Assembly (NCBI GenBank): GCA_965206695.1
Contig: CBDBKM010000011.1
Span: forward strand, 384,001 to 448,000
Direction of reading: 5' to 3'
Source: Chlamydiales bacterium
GTDB taxonomy: Bacteria; Chlamydiota; Chlamydiia; Chlamydiales; JAAZZY01
Length of the DNA stretch: 64,000 nt
Both the position numbers and the translations under genes were made by a program. Below the pieces are notes generated by a model that was not told the origin of the DNA, searched no databases, and saw only the letters and a list, made by a program, of their open reading frames with translations. This document shows positions 63,810 through 64,000 of the stretch, one piece after another; within the stretch, counting starts at the first letter, position 1; each line of letters opens with the position of its first letter.

Positions 63810-64000
63810 TTATCGCTTATTTTTAAAAAATTCCTTCAAAAGCCAAGCTGAAGCTTCTTTTAAAACGCCTGTTCTAACATTAATTTCGTGAGTAGGATGT
63901 TTTTTATCAAAGATATCAATCCAACTTCCGTTAGTACCGTGCCGAATATCTTCTGTAGCCCAAACTAAATTCTCAACCCTCGCTAAATGCATCGCACCGG
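63810..64000 (-). CDS. tadA: tRNA adenosine deaminase, C-terminal part (5' end outside window)
   Basis: GAMHLARVENLVW...GVL...LLKEFF is typical of the TadA C-terminus. Confidence 0.8.
   Translation of the reverse strand, partial: GAMHLARVENLVWATEDIRHGTNGSWIDIFDKKHPTHEINVRTGVLKEASAWLLKEFFKNKR

Overview
AT-rich window from a Chlamydiota-like genome; the taxonomy is inferred from the chlamydial-type ftsH-tilS-lptFG, sufBCDS and rnhB-rplS-trmD-rpsP-ffh-prmC-prfA-rpmE blocks and a NUE-like SET gene. Core genes are interleaved with an extreme load of mobile DNA: several IS630 lineages, IS30, ISAs1, IS1380, IS1634, IS5/ISL2 and IS256, ISNCY-like remnants, TnpB genes, and several MITE-like families, often nested. 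Main findings: (1) an IS630-interrupted gene that rebuilds in frame to a 462-aa effector-like protein with tandem NUMOD3-like repeats, two IKKEP motifs and a divergent SET domain; (2) seven dispersed TnpB right-end/omegaRNA-like modules in short and long forms, two of them in complete non-autonomous elements next to TTAT, plus an orphan copy of the RNA end of the full-length TnpB; (3) an apparent mutational drive toward CCGG; (4) element ends that supply gene stop codons. No CRISPR array, tRNA or rRNA was recognised. All calls come from reading the sequence by eye; no searches were run.
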